A program made the position numbers and the translations under genes. 64,000 nucleotides of DNA from an uncultured Candidatus Saccharibacteria bacterium. GTDB lineage: Bacteria > Patescibacteriota > Minisyncoccia > UBA6257 > GWB1-50-10. The stretch is taken from the NCBI GenBank assembly GCA_964449245.1, contig CAYUXY010000003.1, positions 13,222 through 77,221 on the forward strand, given 5' to 3'. This document shows, in pieces, positions 20,138-29,488 of the stretch; position 1 is the first letter of the stretch, and each line of letters begins with the position of its first letter. The notes beneath the pieces are model-generated. The model saw nothing but the letters and a program-made list of their open reading frames with translations, had not been told where the DNA came from and made no database searches.

Positions 20138-20245
20138 TTAGTATAACCAAAGCGGAGTCCCGCCCCAATGGGTGTTTTGGGGCGTGGGGTCGCTTTCAAT
20201 AGTGAAGGCTTGTTTACATGACTGACATTGTTTGGTTTCGTTCAT
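20138..20245 (-). other. in-frame upstream fragment duplicating the N-terminus of the Cys-rich gene
   Basis: ATG at 20245: MNETKQCQSCKQAFTIESDPTPQNTHWGGTPLWLY-TAA, then ACACAT, then gene start MNQSETKTCQSCKSSFQIDAED; embedded palindrome cgcccca-N10-tggggcg. Confidence 0.45.
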
Positions 20246-20249
20246 AGAC

Positions 20250-20305
20250 ATAATTTCTAATTACTTAATTTCGAATTTCGATTGAATGGATTAATGATTG
20301 AATTT
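20250..20305. repeat. intergenic repeat module C
   Basis: taatttctaattacttaattt + aatttcgattgaatggattaatgattgaattt, matching 47797-47818 and 47854-47885 (2 mismatches). Confidence 0.65.
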
Positions 20306-20348
20306 CTGAATGCGTTTGTATATATCCTTAAATTTTGATTTTTGATAT

Positions 20349-21470
20349 TTACATTTTACATTGCCCTATCGTTCCTCCCCCTATCATCTGCCTACATCCA
20401 TCCCTATCTTCAATAATATCATAAAACACTGCCGATTGGCCTATTGCTATAAATTTCTGCGGTTTTTGAAAAATCAGTCTCCAGCTCTTTTTTTCTCTGA
20501 AAATCTTCGCTTCTACGAGCTTTCCTCTATATCTCGTTCTGCAAAAAATATCCAAACCATTTTCAAAAATATCGTTTTTCATATCGCAGTTTATATTTAC
20601 TTCAGCGAGCGATATTTCTTTTGTATATACCTCCTCGTCGTTCTCGTGGGCTACCGTAATCGTATTGTCTTTTATATTTTTACTTATTACAAAATATGGC
20701 GACATTTCTTTTCCGTTAATTTCACTCTTTATCTGCGCGCCTATATGACGTTGACCTATCGTATAAAAGACTGCGCCGGAATGTTTTCCGATAATTTTTC
20801 CTTTTGTATCCAAAATATCACCTGTTTCGGATTTTATTTGCTCCTTTAAAAAATCCGGAAGGCTTATTTTGCCCAAAAAACATATTCCTTGCGAATCTTT
20901 CTTTTCCGCTACTGGGATTTTCGCTTTGCGAGCTATTTCTCGAACTTCGGATTTTAAATACCCGCCGACCGGAAACAAACTACGGCATAGTTCTTTTTGC
21001 GTAAGCGTCCATAAAAAATAAGACTGGTCTTTATTCTTGTCCCGCGACTCGTATATTCCGTTCTCCCCATTTTTTTCTTTTTTTATAACAGCGTAGTGTC
21101 CTGTTGCGACAAAATCAGCCCCTAACGCGATCGCTTTTTCAAGAAAAAATCCGAATTTTATTTTTTTGTTACACATCACATCCGGATTCGGCGTAATACC
21201 ACTTTTATATCCATTTATCATATATTCGACAACGTTGTCATAATATTCTTCTCTCGCGTCCAACACATAAAAAGGTATTTCTATATGTTCGGCGGTCTTT
21301 CTCGCATCTTCGGCGTCTTTCGCGGAACATCCGTCAAGATTATATCCATTTATAAAAACGCCGGTAACGTCGTACCCTTGTTGCTTTAAAAGAAATGCGG
21401 AAACGGACGAATCCACTCCTCCGGACATACCTACAAAGACCTTTTTATTTTTATTTATCTTCTTATCCAT
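20349..21470 (-). CDS. mnmA: tRNA-specific 2-thiouridylase
   Basis: 373 aa; PP-loop VFVGMSGGVDSSVSA, catalytic Cys region; full-length MnmA. Confidence 0.9.
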   Translation of the reverse strand: MDKKINKNKKVFVGMSGGVDSSVSAFLLKQQGYDVTGVFINGYNLDGCSAKDAEDARKTAEHIEIPFYVLDAREEYYDNVVEYMINGYKSGITPNPDVMCNKKIKFGFFLEKAIALGADFVATGHYAVIKKEKNGENGIYESRDKNKDQSYFLWTLTQKELCRSLFPVGGYLKSEVREIARKAKIPVAEKKDSQGICFLGKISLPDFLKEQIKSETGDILDTKGKIIGKHSGAVFYTIGQRHIGAQIKSEINGKEMSPYFVISKNIKDNTITVAHENDEEVYTKEISLAEVNINCDMKNDIFENGLDIFCRTRYRGKLVEAKIFREKKSWRLIFQKPQKFIAIGQSAVFYDIIEDRDGCRQMIGGGTIGQCKM

Positions 21471-21509
21471 ACTATTTCAAATTTATTACATATTAATAGC
21501 CAAAAAGTC

Positions 21510-21538
21510 TTGATTAATCCAAGAATAATCGATATAAT
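21510..21538 (+). promoter_or_regulatory. sigma70-like promoter for efp
   Basis: TTGATT (21510-21515), 17-nt spacer, TATAAT (21533-21538), 23 nt before efp ATG. Confidence 0.45.
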
Positions 21539-21561
21539 GTGCCATATATCAATACTATATT

Positions 21562-22146
21562 ATGTCACAAATAGAATACAATGAATTAAAAGTTGGAACC
21601 GTTTTTACAAAAAACGAAGATCCTGATCCGTATAGAGTTCTTGAATATGCGTTTGTGAGGATGCAACAGAGGAAACCTATCACTCAGCTGAAGATTAAAA
21701 ATCTTCTGACTGGAAAAACACAGGAATATACAGCGCATCAAAACGAAACGTTCCGTGAAGCTGAGATAGAAATAGCTCTTGTAAATTTTATTTATAAAAA
21801 CAAAGGCGAGTATTGGTTTCACGAAGTCGGTAATCCAAAAAACAGATTTTCACTCGATGAAGAGGCGGTTGGAAATGCCGGTCAATTTTTAAAGGCTAAC
21901 ACTGAAGTAAAAGCCTTTAAATTCAATGATAAGATTATAAATATAGAACTCCCTATAAAAATGGAATTTGCGGTGACGGAAGCTCCGCCGGCCGTTAAGG
22001 GAAATACCGCGCAAGGCGGGACAAAACAGGTGACAATTGAAACCGGCGCAAAAGTAAACGTCCCTCTTTTTATAAATCAGGACGACGTGATCAGAATAAA
22101 TACGGAGACCGGCCAATATGTAGAGCGCGCCGGAAAATCGTTATAA
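21562..22146 (+). CDS. efp: elongation factor P
   Basis: 194 aa; KVGTVF...DPYRVLEY...KNLLTGK, three-domain EF-P length. Confidence 0.9.
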   Translation: MSQIEYNELKVGTVFTKNEDPDPYRVLEYAFVRMQQRKPITQLKIKNLLTGKTQEYTAHQNETFREAEIEIALVNFIYKNKGEYWFHEVGNPKNRFSLDEEAVGNAGQFLKANTEVKAFKFNDKIINIELPIKMEFAVTEAPPAVKGNTAQGGTKQVTIETGAKVNVPLFINQDDVIRINTETGQYVERAGKSL

Positions 22147-22149
22147 AAA

Positions 22150-24045
22150 TTAAATTTTTGAATCTAAGTTTTTCAAGGCCTCCTCAATTTCGGACTGCAG
22201 ATCTTCAACTTTTTTACCATCTTCCTTTATGCGTGGATTTTTTTCTTTCATCTCCTGCTCCTGAAGATCGGATAATTTAATTACCGGACCCTCTTCTTTT
22301 TTTAACGCCTCTTCCGGTTCAATGGGCTCATTCTTTTTTGCGCCCTGCGGATTCGCGCGTTCAATGCGTTTTTTCTCCGGCTTTTTAGGCTCTTGTGTTT
22401 TTTGGCTATTACCTCGCTCATCTGCTTCAGAAAATTCTATGCCAAGCATAGCAAGATCTTTATGTGTTTCTTTTGGTTTGGGTTTGAAATTCGGAAGTCG
22501 TACGGGACGAATTTCGCCAGCTTTTAATTTCTTCAGACAATCCTGACAATATACGGACCTTCCCTCTTCAGGCTCAAACGGAACAGTCGTCTCATTTCCG
22601 CACGCCGAGCAAGTAACAGTCCGCGATCCTCCGCTTCCTGACATTTCTGCCATACCGCTCCATTTATTAATCTCGTCTTCCACTTGCCACCTTGGACGCG
22701 CGTATTTCTTTCTCGATATTTCAACTATTCTCTCAGAACTTCCCGCGTCCTTAGGGCCATGAAACGGCGGGAGTGTCGAGGCGGAAAATGGCCTCGATGA
22801 AATCCCATCCACCATAAGCTTTATATAAATACTTCTGTTGGGAATGTTGACCATATCTTGTATTACAAAATCCGGACCAAATTCTTTTTCAAGAAATTCC
22901 GCGTCCGACGCTCCAACGCGAAACGCAATCATAGTTCCAACGTTGCCAAAAACGGCATCGCGCACTTTTGTTGATGTATCCGATACGAGCTGGCCTATAT
23001 ACTGATGCGCAAGAATAAGATTCAATCGATATTTTCGCGCTTCAGAAAGAATGTTCGCAAAAGCATCCGTAGCAAAATTTTGAAACTCGTCTATATAAAG
23101 AAAAAAGTCGACGCGCTCATCTTCCCTAATACGCACTCTTTCCATAGCGGCGAGTTGCATCTTTGTTATAAGCATTGAGCCGAGAAGCGCGGAATTGTCC
23201 TCTCCTACCCTTCCTTTTGACAGGTTGACAAGAAATATTTTTGCCGTGTTCATTATCTCAAACACGTCAATAGTACTCTTTGATTGACCTATAATGTTTC
23301 GAATAACTGTCGTCGAAAGAAACTGCCCTACTTTGTTTTGTATAGGCGCTATCGCCTCATTTCTAAATTGATCTCTCCACTCTTCGAATTCGTGCACCCA
23401 AAAAGATTTTATAACGGGGTCTTTTACATTTGCTATAATTTTTTCTCTGTATTCCTTATCAACTAAAAGTCTCGTAACACCGAGCAAAGACGTACCCGGA
23501 GTGTCGAGTAACGCGAGTACGGTGTTATTCATTATGTATTCCATTCTCGCCGACCACACATTAGCCCATATCTTTGTGAAAATTCCCATAAGTCCGGAGG
23601 CTACAAGGTGTTTGTATTTCGGATCCGGAAGTTCAAGAACGTTGAAACCTATGTGATATTCGGTATCGGCTGGGTTAAAATATATAACATCTTCTTCTCT
23701 CTCGACTGGAATTTTTTGGAGTAAAGTTTCGACAAATTCTCCGTGCGGGTCAATTACGCAAACACCCTCCCCATTTAAAATATCCTGCACCATCATATTA
23801 TGGAGCAGGGTTGTTTTTCCTGTGCCGGTTTTTCCGACAACATACATATGTTGTCTGCGATCGGTTCGCTTTATGCCGAAAAGCCGATTTGAGTTTCTAA
23901 AATCGGTTTTAGCGAAATATACTACATCTTTCTCCGGCTCTATACTTATCATATTCTTTGCAAATCGCGATACATTGATTATATCCTTTTTGTCCACAAA
24001 AAACAGCACGCGCCGCTTTCGCGGCGAGTACAAACTTATGCCCAA
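22150..24045 (-). CDS. VirD4/TraG/TraD-like type IV coupling-protein ATPase with C-terminal zinc ribbon and K/E-rich tail
   Basis: 631 aa; Walker A YVVGKTGTGKTTLL and DPHGE; Walker B-like FLYIDEFQNF; C-terminal CSACGN...YCQDC then ~120 aa of K/E/P low complexity; the ORF-track start at 24045 is a TTG codon, so the true start is uncertain. Confidence 0.65.
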   Translation of the reverse strand: MGISLYSPRKRRVLFFVDKKDIINVSRFAKNMISIEPEKDVVYFAKTDFRNSNRLFGIKRTDRRQHMYVVGKTGTGKTTLLHNMMVQDILNGEGVCVIDPHGEFVETLLQKIPVEREEDVIYFNPADTEYHIGFNVLELPDPKYKHLVASGLMGIFTKIWANVWSARMEYIMNNTVLALLDTPGTSLLGVTRLLVDKEYREKIIANVKDPVIKSFWVHEFEEWRDQFRNEAIAPIQNKVGQFLSTTVIRNIIGQSKSTIDVFEIMNTAKIFLVNLSKGRVGEDNSALLGSMLITKMQLAAMERVRIREDERVDFFLYIDEFQNFATDAFANILSEARKYRLNLILAHQYIGQLVSDTSTKVRDAVFGNVGTMIAFRVGASDAEFLEKEFGPDFVIQDMVNIPNRSIYIKLMVDGISSRPFSASTLPPFHGPKDAGSSERIVEISRKKYARPRWQVEDEINKWSGMAEMSGSGGSRTVTCSACGNETTVPFEPEEGRSVYCQDCLKKLKAGEIRPVRLPNFKPKPKETHKDLAMLGIEFSEADERGNSQKTQEPKKPEKKRIERANPQGAKKNEPIEPEEALKKEEGPVIKLSDLQEQEMKEKNPRIKEDGKKVEDLQSEIEEALKNLDSKI

Positions 24046-24214
24046 TCGTCATTGATTTTCCCAAGCACAAATGCGAGGGGCATCAATACGATGGAACTCA
24101 AGAATTTCAGTAGGCCCATTTTTATTTTTTCTGAGCGACCGGTTTTAATTGTATCATATAGCTTTTATTTTTCACTGTGGAAATCTTTCCGCGCATAATT
24201 TACAATAAGCCCAT

Positions 24215-24484
24215 ATGGCGCTAAAGACCCTGCCGGAAGGATATTTGGAATCTTTGAAAGAAAAGGGCAAAGATAAACGAATATCCCAAGAATTTCAGTT
24301 TATAGGCCTTGAAGTGGCTGAGATGCTCGAGGACAGACCGCATAAAGCCCTGTATATCAAACTTGCAAAACAATACGGCAGTCAAAAAATTCTGTCCATA
24401 GCAAAAGATGTCGTAGACAGACGAGACATAAAAAATAGAGGGGCATATTTTATGAAAATGCTTCATATGAAAAACGATGAATAA
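24215..24484 (+). CDS. hypothetical small protein
   Basis: 89-aa ORF immediately upstream of def and overlapping it by 8 nt; no recognisable motif. Confidence 0.3.
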   Translation: MALKTLPEGYLESLKEKGKDKRISQEFQFIGLEVAEMLEDRPHKALYIKLAKQYGSQKILSIAKDVVDRRDIKNRGAYFMKMLHMKNDE

Positions 24485-24998
24485 GCTTGTAACAATAAAA
24501 AATAAAGAAGGTTCTCTGTTTATGCGCAAAAAAACGAAGCCCTTCGATATAACCCAATTGAAAGATGCGAAAAAATCTCCGGAGATACGCGCTCTCATAA
24601 AAGAAATGCGAGTGATAATGAATAAAGAAAACGGCGTAGGCTTAAGCGCAAATCAAATCGGCATACAGGAAAGGTTTTTTGTCGCACAGGTTCCTGACTT
24701 GCATGGCAGAATGAAATTCTACGCCATTTTTAATCCGGAAATAATAAAAAAGTCCAAAGATATGGAAACCATAGAGGAGGGCTGTCTTAGTGTTCCTAAT
24801 TCATATGGATTTACTCCAAGACATTATGAAGTAACTCTCGTAGGATATGACCAGCGAGGTAAGAAAATAAAAATAAAAGCTTGGGGCCTGTTGGCGCGCG
24901 TATTTCAACACGAAGTAGATCATCTTGACGGCAAATTATTTATAGACCGCGCTCATTCCGTTTTCTCTTCAGATTCAAACGAAAAAAATGAAAAGTAA
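24477..24998 (+). CDS. def: peptide deformylase
   Basis: GVGLSANQIG, EGCLSVP, HEVDHLDG metal-binding motifs; the true start may be the internal Met (MRKKTKPF, ~24522). Confidence 0.9.
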   Translation: MNKLVTIKNKEGSLFMRKKTKPFDITQLKDAKKSPEIRALIKEMRVIMNKENGVGLSANQIGIQERFFVAQVPDLHGRMKFYAIFNPEIIKKSKDMETIEEGCLSVPNSYGFTPRHYEVTLVGYDQRGKKIKIKAWGLLARVFQHEVDHLDGKLFIDRAHSVFSSDSNEKNEK

Positions 24999-25854
24999 TA
25001 AAAATCCCCGAATCGCTTTTTTTGGCACACCTAAATTTGCGTCAATCGCGCTTGAAACTCTTATTCAAAGTGGCGTTTGTCCTAATCTTGTAGTGTGTAA
25101 TCCGGACAAACCTACCGGAAGAAAAAAAATAATTACGCCGCCTCCGGCAAAAATTGTCGCCGAAAAATATTCAATTCCGGTGTTTCAACCAGAGAGACTG
25201 GACAGTTCTCAAAAAGAGTTAAATGATGATTTTGATTTTTTTGTCGTCGCTGCGTATGGAAAAATCATTCCAAAAGCAGTGCTCGACATTCCAAAATGCG
25301 GAACGATAGGAATACATCCATCTTTGCTTCCTTTATATCGCGGAGCGACGCCTTTTCAGTCGGCTATTCTTGACGGAGCTACAAAAACCGGCGTTTCGAT
25401 ATTTTTAGTAGATGCCGAAGTCGATCACGGCCCTGTTTTCGCTTCAATGGATATGCCTATTCTTGAATCAGATACATATACTTCAATGGAACAAAAGCTT
25501 GCCATTAGCGGAGCAAAACTCTTTGTAGATATTATGTCCGATATACTGAACGGCAATCTTATTCCGAAAGAGCAAAATCATTCGGAAAAAACACTTACAA
25601 GAAAATTCAAAACGGATGACGGCTTTGTCAGTGAGGAAAGTCTTATCCGCGCAGAAAATACAGGCGGAGATGATGCTTTAAAAATATATAGGATGATTAA
25701 AGCATTAAACCCTGAACCGAGTGTTTGGACGACGAAGACAACGTCCGGACAACAGCGCAGGATAAAACTTCTTTCCGCGTTACTGAAAGACGGCAAACTA
25801 ATACTCACTGAAATTCAGGAGGATGGCAAAAAGCCTCAAAGGATTTCCAAATAA
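24988..25854 (+). CDS. fmt: methionyl-tRNA formyltransferase
   Basis: 288 aa; formyl-transferase N-domain (IAFFGTPKFA...HPSLLPLYRGATP) plus C-terminal domain; def-fmt gene pair. Confidence 0.9.
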   Translation: MKSNKNPRIAFFGTPKFASIALETLIQSGVCPNLVVCNPDKPTGRKKIITPPPAKIVAEKYSIPVFQPERLDSSQKELNDDFDFFVVAAYGKIIPKAVLDIPKCGTIGIHPSLLPLYRGATPFQSAILDGATKTGVSIFLVDAEVDHGPVFASMDMPILESDTYTSMEQKLAISGAKLFVDIMSDILNGNLIPKEQNHSEKTLTRKFKTDDGFVSEESLIRAENTGGDDALKIYRMIKALNPEPSVWTTKTTSGQQRRIKLLSALLKDGKLILTEIQEDGKKPQRISK

Positions 25855-26162
25855 TCTCCTTCTTTAGCTTCTGTTCCTGCAGGAAATTCTAAAACCAATT
25901 TATATCTTGGGTTCCAGAAAAAACATCTGCGCGTGGTTAAATTCTTTTTTATCGCAACAATTTGCTTGCCCTTATTAAGCACAACTACATCTATCGCGTA
26001 TTTCATACCGAACGTATGTATCCCCCATCTCGTTTCAAAAAAAACTGCGGTGGGAGTATTGAATGCGAGCATTCCTTTCGATTTTTCGGCAAATGTTTTG
26101 AGAACAATAACTTTTTCAGATAATATTTTGTTTGTCGTCGCGTTCCTTACTTTTATCGTCAT
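25836..26162 (-). CDS. DUF192 family protein
   Basis: 108 aa; ETRWGIHTFGM...LEFPAG pattern typical of DUF192/COG1430. Confidence 0.55.
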   Translation of the reverse strand: MTIKVRNATTNKILSEKVIVLKTFAEKSKGMLAFNTPTAVFFETRWGIHTFGMKYAIDVVVLNKGKQIVAIKKNLTTRRCFFWNPRYKLVLEFPAGTEAKEGDYLEIL

Positions 26163-26380
26163 TTATCTATATCGATTATTTTTTCTCTGCCCGTTGAACC
26201 GTGAACAATCATCACTCTGCTTTTTGAGACATTAAAATATTTTGCTATTAAATCAACCGCCCTCTCGTTTGCCTTACCTTCTTTTGCCGGAACGTTTACT
26301 CTAACAATATATTTTCCGTCGGCAGACTTTTCTACTGATTCGTTTTTGCTCATAGGTTTTACCGATACATTAATTTTCAT
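26159..26380 (-). CDS. DUF167 (YggU-like) protein
   Basis: 73 aa; VRVNVPAKEGKANERAVDLIAKYFNVSKSRVMIVHGSTGREKII matches the YggU/UPF0235 pattern. Confidence 0.55.
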   Translation of the reverse strand: MKINVSVKPMSKNESVEKSADGKYIVRVNVPAKEGKANERAVDLIAKYFNVSKSRVMIVHGSTGREKIIDIDK

Positions 26381-26389
26381 ATACGAACA

Positions 26390-27244
26390 TCATTTAAAGA
26401 ATTTGTTTAATATATCAATATTCTTTTTATCAGGACCCGATCCGAGAAATCCGGGAACTTCGAGAATCCACGCCTTGTCCAAAATGCGTTTTTCCCCCGC
26501 AAGAGATTTGAATCCGCTTATACCTATATACCCTTTACCTATATTTTCGTGCCTATCGTTATGCGAGTCAGAGACGGTCTTGGAGTCATTAATATGCATA
26601 ACAACGATATTTTGGATTCCTACAGATGAATTCCATTCGTCAAAAAGTTTTTTAACCGATGCGTCTGTATATGATTTTATTTCTCCGGACTCCAAGGCGT
26701 GCGCCGTATCAAAACACACCTTAAATCGAGATGAATTTATATTTTTAAAAATATGCCCGATTGCTTCGTGTCCCGAGCCCATCTTTGCTCCGCCTCCTGC
26801 CGAGTTTTCTATTATCAACAATGATTTGCCTGAAACATTTTTTAGTACGGTTTTTATGCCGGCTATCTCTCTTTTTAAGGCCAATTTTCCATCGATTCCT
26901 TTTGCGGAGCCGGCATGAAAAATGAGCCCGTCCGCCCCCAACGTCTCCGCGATTTTCAAATGCGATGTAAGATTTTTGATTGATTTTTCATACAATTCGT
27001 CATCTCCGCTCGCAAGATTTACAAGATATGCCGCATGCAAATACACCTTTGATATACGGCTCTTCTTCAGTGCTTCCTTAAATTTCGATGCGTCTTCCGG
27101 TGATATAGGTTTTGCCTCCCACGCTCTCGGCGATGCGCCGTATATTTGTATGGCAGACGCGCCTATTCCCTCTCCATTTGCAATCGCATTCCATACACCG
27201 CCTGCTGCGGAAACATGAGCGCCTATAATAGGAATCCTTTGCAT
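26390..27244 (-). CDS. nfo: endonuclease IV (AP endonuclease family 2)
   Basis: Start taken at MQRIPIIGAHVSAAGG; TIM-barrel AP-endonuclease-2 His/Asp/Glu pattern (HAAYLVNL, IENSAGGG, HINDS). Confidence 0.8.
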   Translation of the reverse strand: MQRIPIIGAHVSAAGGVWNAIANGEGIGASAIQIYGASPRAWEAKPISPEDASKFKEALKKSRISKVYLHAAYLVNLASGDDELYEKSIKNLTSHLKIAETLGADGLIFHAGSAKGIDGKLALKREIAGIKTVLKNVSGKSLLIIENSAGGGAKMGSGHEAIGHIFKNINSSRFKVCFDTAHALESGEIKSYTDASVKKLFDEWNSSVGIQNIVVMHINDSKTVSDSHNDRHENIGKGYIGISGFKSLAGEKRILDKAWILEVPGFLGSGPDKKNIDILNKFFK

Positions 27245-27245
27245 A

Positions 27246-28229
27246 TTACGGCTGAAGAGCCTCTTCGACATTTCCCTCAACTGATATTACAACCTCTTTA
27301 ACCGAGGAAAATTGTTTGAGAGTAGATTCGATTTGTGAACGAATCATTCCCACTGCGCACGATCCTCCTGTTTTATTCAATATGTCGTTAAAATCCGCAT
27401 AAGCCACGCCATCAGTAATCGAAAGATTTAAAAGTTCCGATCCTTCGGGAATCACGGTTTTAAATCCCTCATTAATTTCCTTTTCGCTCGGACCTTTTAA
27501 TAATTCTCTTAATGCCGAGGACGCCACCGATTCTGTTTTTTCTATTTCACGCGCTACGGGCTCTACTTTTTTACACGAATAGTCCTGATCGGGCGTATTT
27601 CTGTCAGGAAAATATACATTTACTGTCATTAAATTCTCACTGAAAATAACGGGAAAATCGAAAGATAAATCGTTTTCCGGCAGTCCGCTTGGATTGTCTT
27701 TTTTAAATCGAATCCACCCGCTACCTTCTTTCTGATTTTGAAATTCCACCGATCCAGAAAATTCAATTTCCTTTTCCGTCATCCAGTCTTCTTTTGCGGT
27801 TACAAATCCGCTTCCGAGCAGACTCCATTTATTGTCGAATATTTCTACCGGAAAACTCCCTTCGAAAAACCATGTTCCGGAAGCTTTTCCTTCTATTGTT
27901 ACGGGCGAGGATATTTTACCATCCACGCTTATATTGATTATTTTAATCGGCCCGCCACTTATGGCGTTAATTCTTTTTTGCATCGTTTCATACCAATCTT
28001 TTCCTATCCCGTTTGCCTTGCAAAAATCTTCCGTCATACAAGCCACTGAACTGCATTCCGGACACGGAGGGCATATCACGCATCCAGCCGGACACGCATC
28101 AAGAGAAAAGCTTTCGCATCCCGCTTTTTTGTTTTGTTTTATATTTCCATAAACTGCCGACACTATCGCGACGATAATAATCGCGAGTCCTATAAATTCC
28201 CATACTCTTTTATTTTTTTCTTTGTTCAT
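27246..28229 (-). CDS. membrane-anchored GerMN / Gmad2-like protein with Cys-rich segment
   Basis: 327 aa; N-terminal TM; CESFSLDACPAGCVICPPCPECSSVAC cluster; C-terminal sporulation/germination-like (GerMN) region. Confidence 0.45.
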   Translation of the reverse strand: MNKEKNKRVWEFIGLAIIIVAIVSAVYGNIKQNKKAGCESFSLDACPAGCVICPPCPECSSVACMTEDFCKANGIGKDWYETMQKRINAISGGPIKIINISVDGKISSPVTIEGKASGTWFFEGSFPVEIFDNKWSLLGSGFVTAKEDWMTEKEIEFSGSVEFQNQKEGSGWIRFKKDNPSGLPENDLSFDFPVIFSENLMTVNVYFPDRNTPDQDYSCKKVEPVAREIEKTESVASSALRELLKGPSEKEINEGFKTVIPEGSELLNLSITDGVAYADFNDILNKTGGSCAVGMIRSQIESTLKQFSSVKEVVISVEGNVEEALQP

Positions 28230-29470
28230 TTTATTTTTTTACTTATAAAGTTATTATCCCTTAGCTCCTTGTGATACGCAATCGCAAATCTGTGCGATTC
28301 GTCGCGCAAACGGATTAATGTGTTTTTATCAGCCCATTTTGGCACTATGCCTACGAATTCATTGTTTTTTCTATCTGCGCCTTTTGCAATTCCCACTACC
28401 GGTATTTTTATTTCTAATTTTTTTAGAGTCATCCGAACCGCATTTACCTGCCCCGTTCCGCCGTCAACGAGTATGAGTTCCGGAAAATGCCATTCTTTGT
28501 GATTAAACCGTCTTGATATTACCTCTCTAATCATTCCGGTGTCGTCCGGACCTTTTATCGTTTTTATCTTGAATTTTCTATAATCAACCGGACTTAGCCG
28601 CCCGTCATCGAAAACCACCATAACCCCAACGGCATCCTTACCTCCTATATTCGATATATCATATCCTTCTATACGCCTATCCGTAACTTTTTTAACCCCA
28701 TCTTCGGAAATCAGCGCGACGTCTTGTATGTGAGAGAGCGCAAATATTTTTTTCTTTATTCTGCCCGCATCTTCAAATTTCTCGTTCCTTGCCGCCAATT
28801 TCATTTCTTTTTCGAGATTTTTAAACAAAACTCCCATCTTGCCCGACAACAAGAGTTCGAGCTGTTTCACTGACTTCATATAAGTTTTTTTATCAACAAT
28901 CCCTGCGCATGTTCCGGGGCAAAGTCCTATTTGAAAATTAAAACACGGCTTAGGACGCTTGCCGTTCTTTACATCGTCATTGGCTTTTTTAATTATGCCG
29001 ACTTCGTGCGTGTTCCACGGAAATATTTTCCTTACTATCTTCATAGCTTCGCGGACGCTTGAAGCCGACGTGAACGGTCCGAAATCCGAACGAAATGAAA
29101 GTTTTCCGGAAGAAATGTCTTTTCCCCTTGCAAGCAACACCCTCGGAAATTCCTCGTCGGTTATCGCGATGTGCAGAAAACTTTTTCCGTCTTTTTCGCG
29201 TATATTAAAAGGCGGTTCGTATTTTTTGATAAGTTGAGCCTCGAGTATGAGAGCCTGAAGCGCAGATGGCGTTACAAAAAAGTCCACCCTTTTTATTTTT
29301 GAAACCATAGAATCTATCCTGCTGTCGTGCGGACGTGTAAAATAGCTTGAAACTCTCCTCAATAAATTAACGGCCTTACCGACATATAAAATGCTGTTTT
29401 TTTCTCCGCGCATTAAATACACGCCGGAAGACTCCGGAATGTTTTCATAAAGATTTTTAGGAGATGTCAT
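28226..29470 (-). CDS. uvrC: excinuclease ABC subunit C, compact form lacking C-terminal (HhH)2
   Basis: 414 aa; GIY-YIG (GVYLMRGEKNSILYVGKAVNL), UVR motif region, C-terminal RNaseH-like endonuclease domain (RIEGYDISNIGGKDAVGVMVVF); ends before the usual HhH domain. Confidence 0.8.
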   Translation of the reverse strand: MTSPKNLYENIPESSGVYLMRGEKNSILYVGKAVNLLRRVSSYFTRPHDSRIDSMVSKIKRVDFFVTPSALQALILEAQLIKKYEPPFNIREKDGKSFLHIAITDEEFPRVLLARGKDISSGKLSFRSDFGPFTSASSVREAMKIVRKIFPWNTHEVGIIKKANDDVKNGKRPKPCFNFQIGLCPGTCAGIVDKKTYMKSVKQLELLLSGKMGVLFKNLEKEMKLAARNEKFEDAGRIKKKIFALSHIQDVALISEDGVKKVTDRRIEGYDISNIGGKDAVGVMVVFDDGRLSPVDYRKFKIKTIKGPDDTGMIREVISRRFNHKEWHFPELILVDGGTGQVNAVRMTLKKLEIKIPVVGIAKGADRKNNEFVGIVPKWADKNTLIRLRDESHRFAIAYHKELRDNNFISKKIK

Positions 29471-29488
29471 TTATATTCGAAAGTCTTT

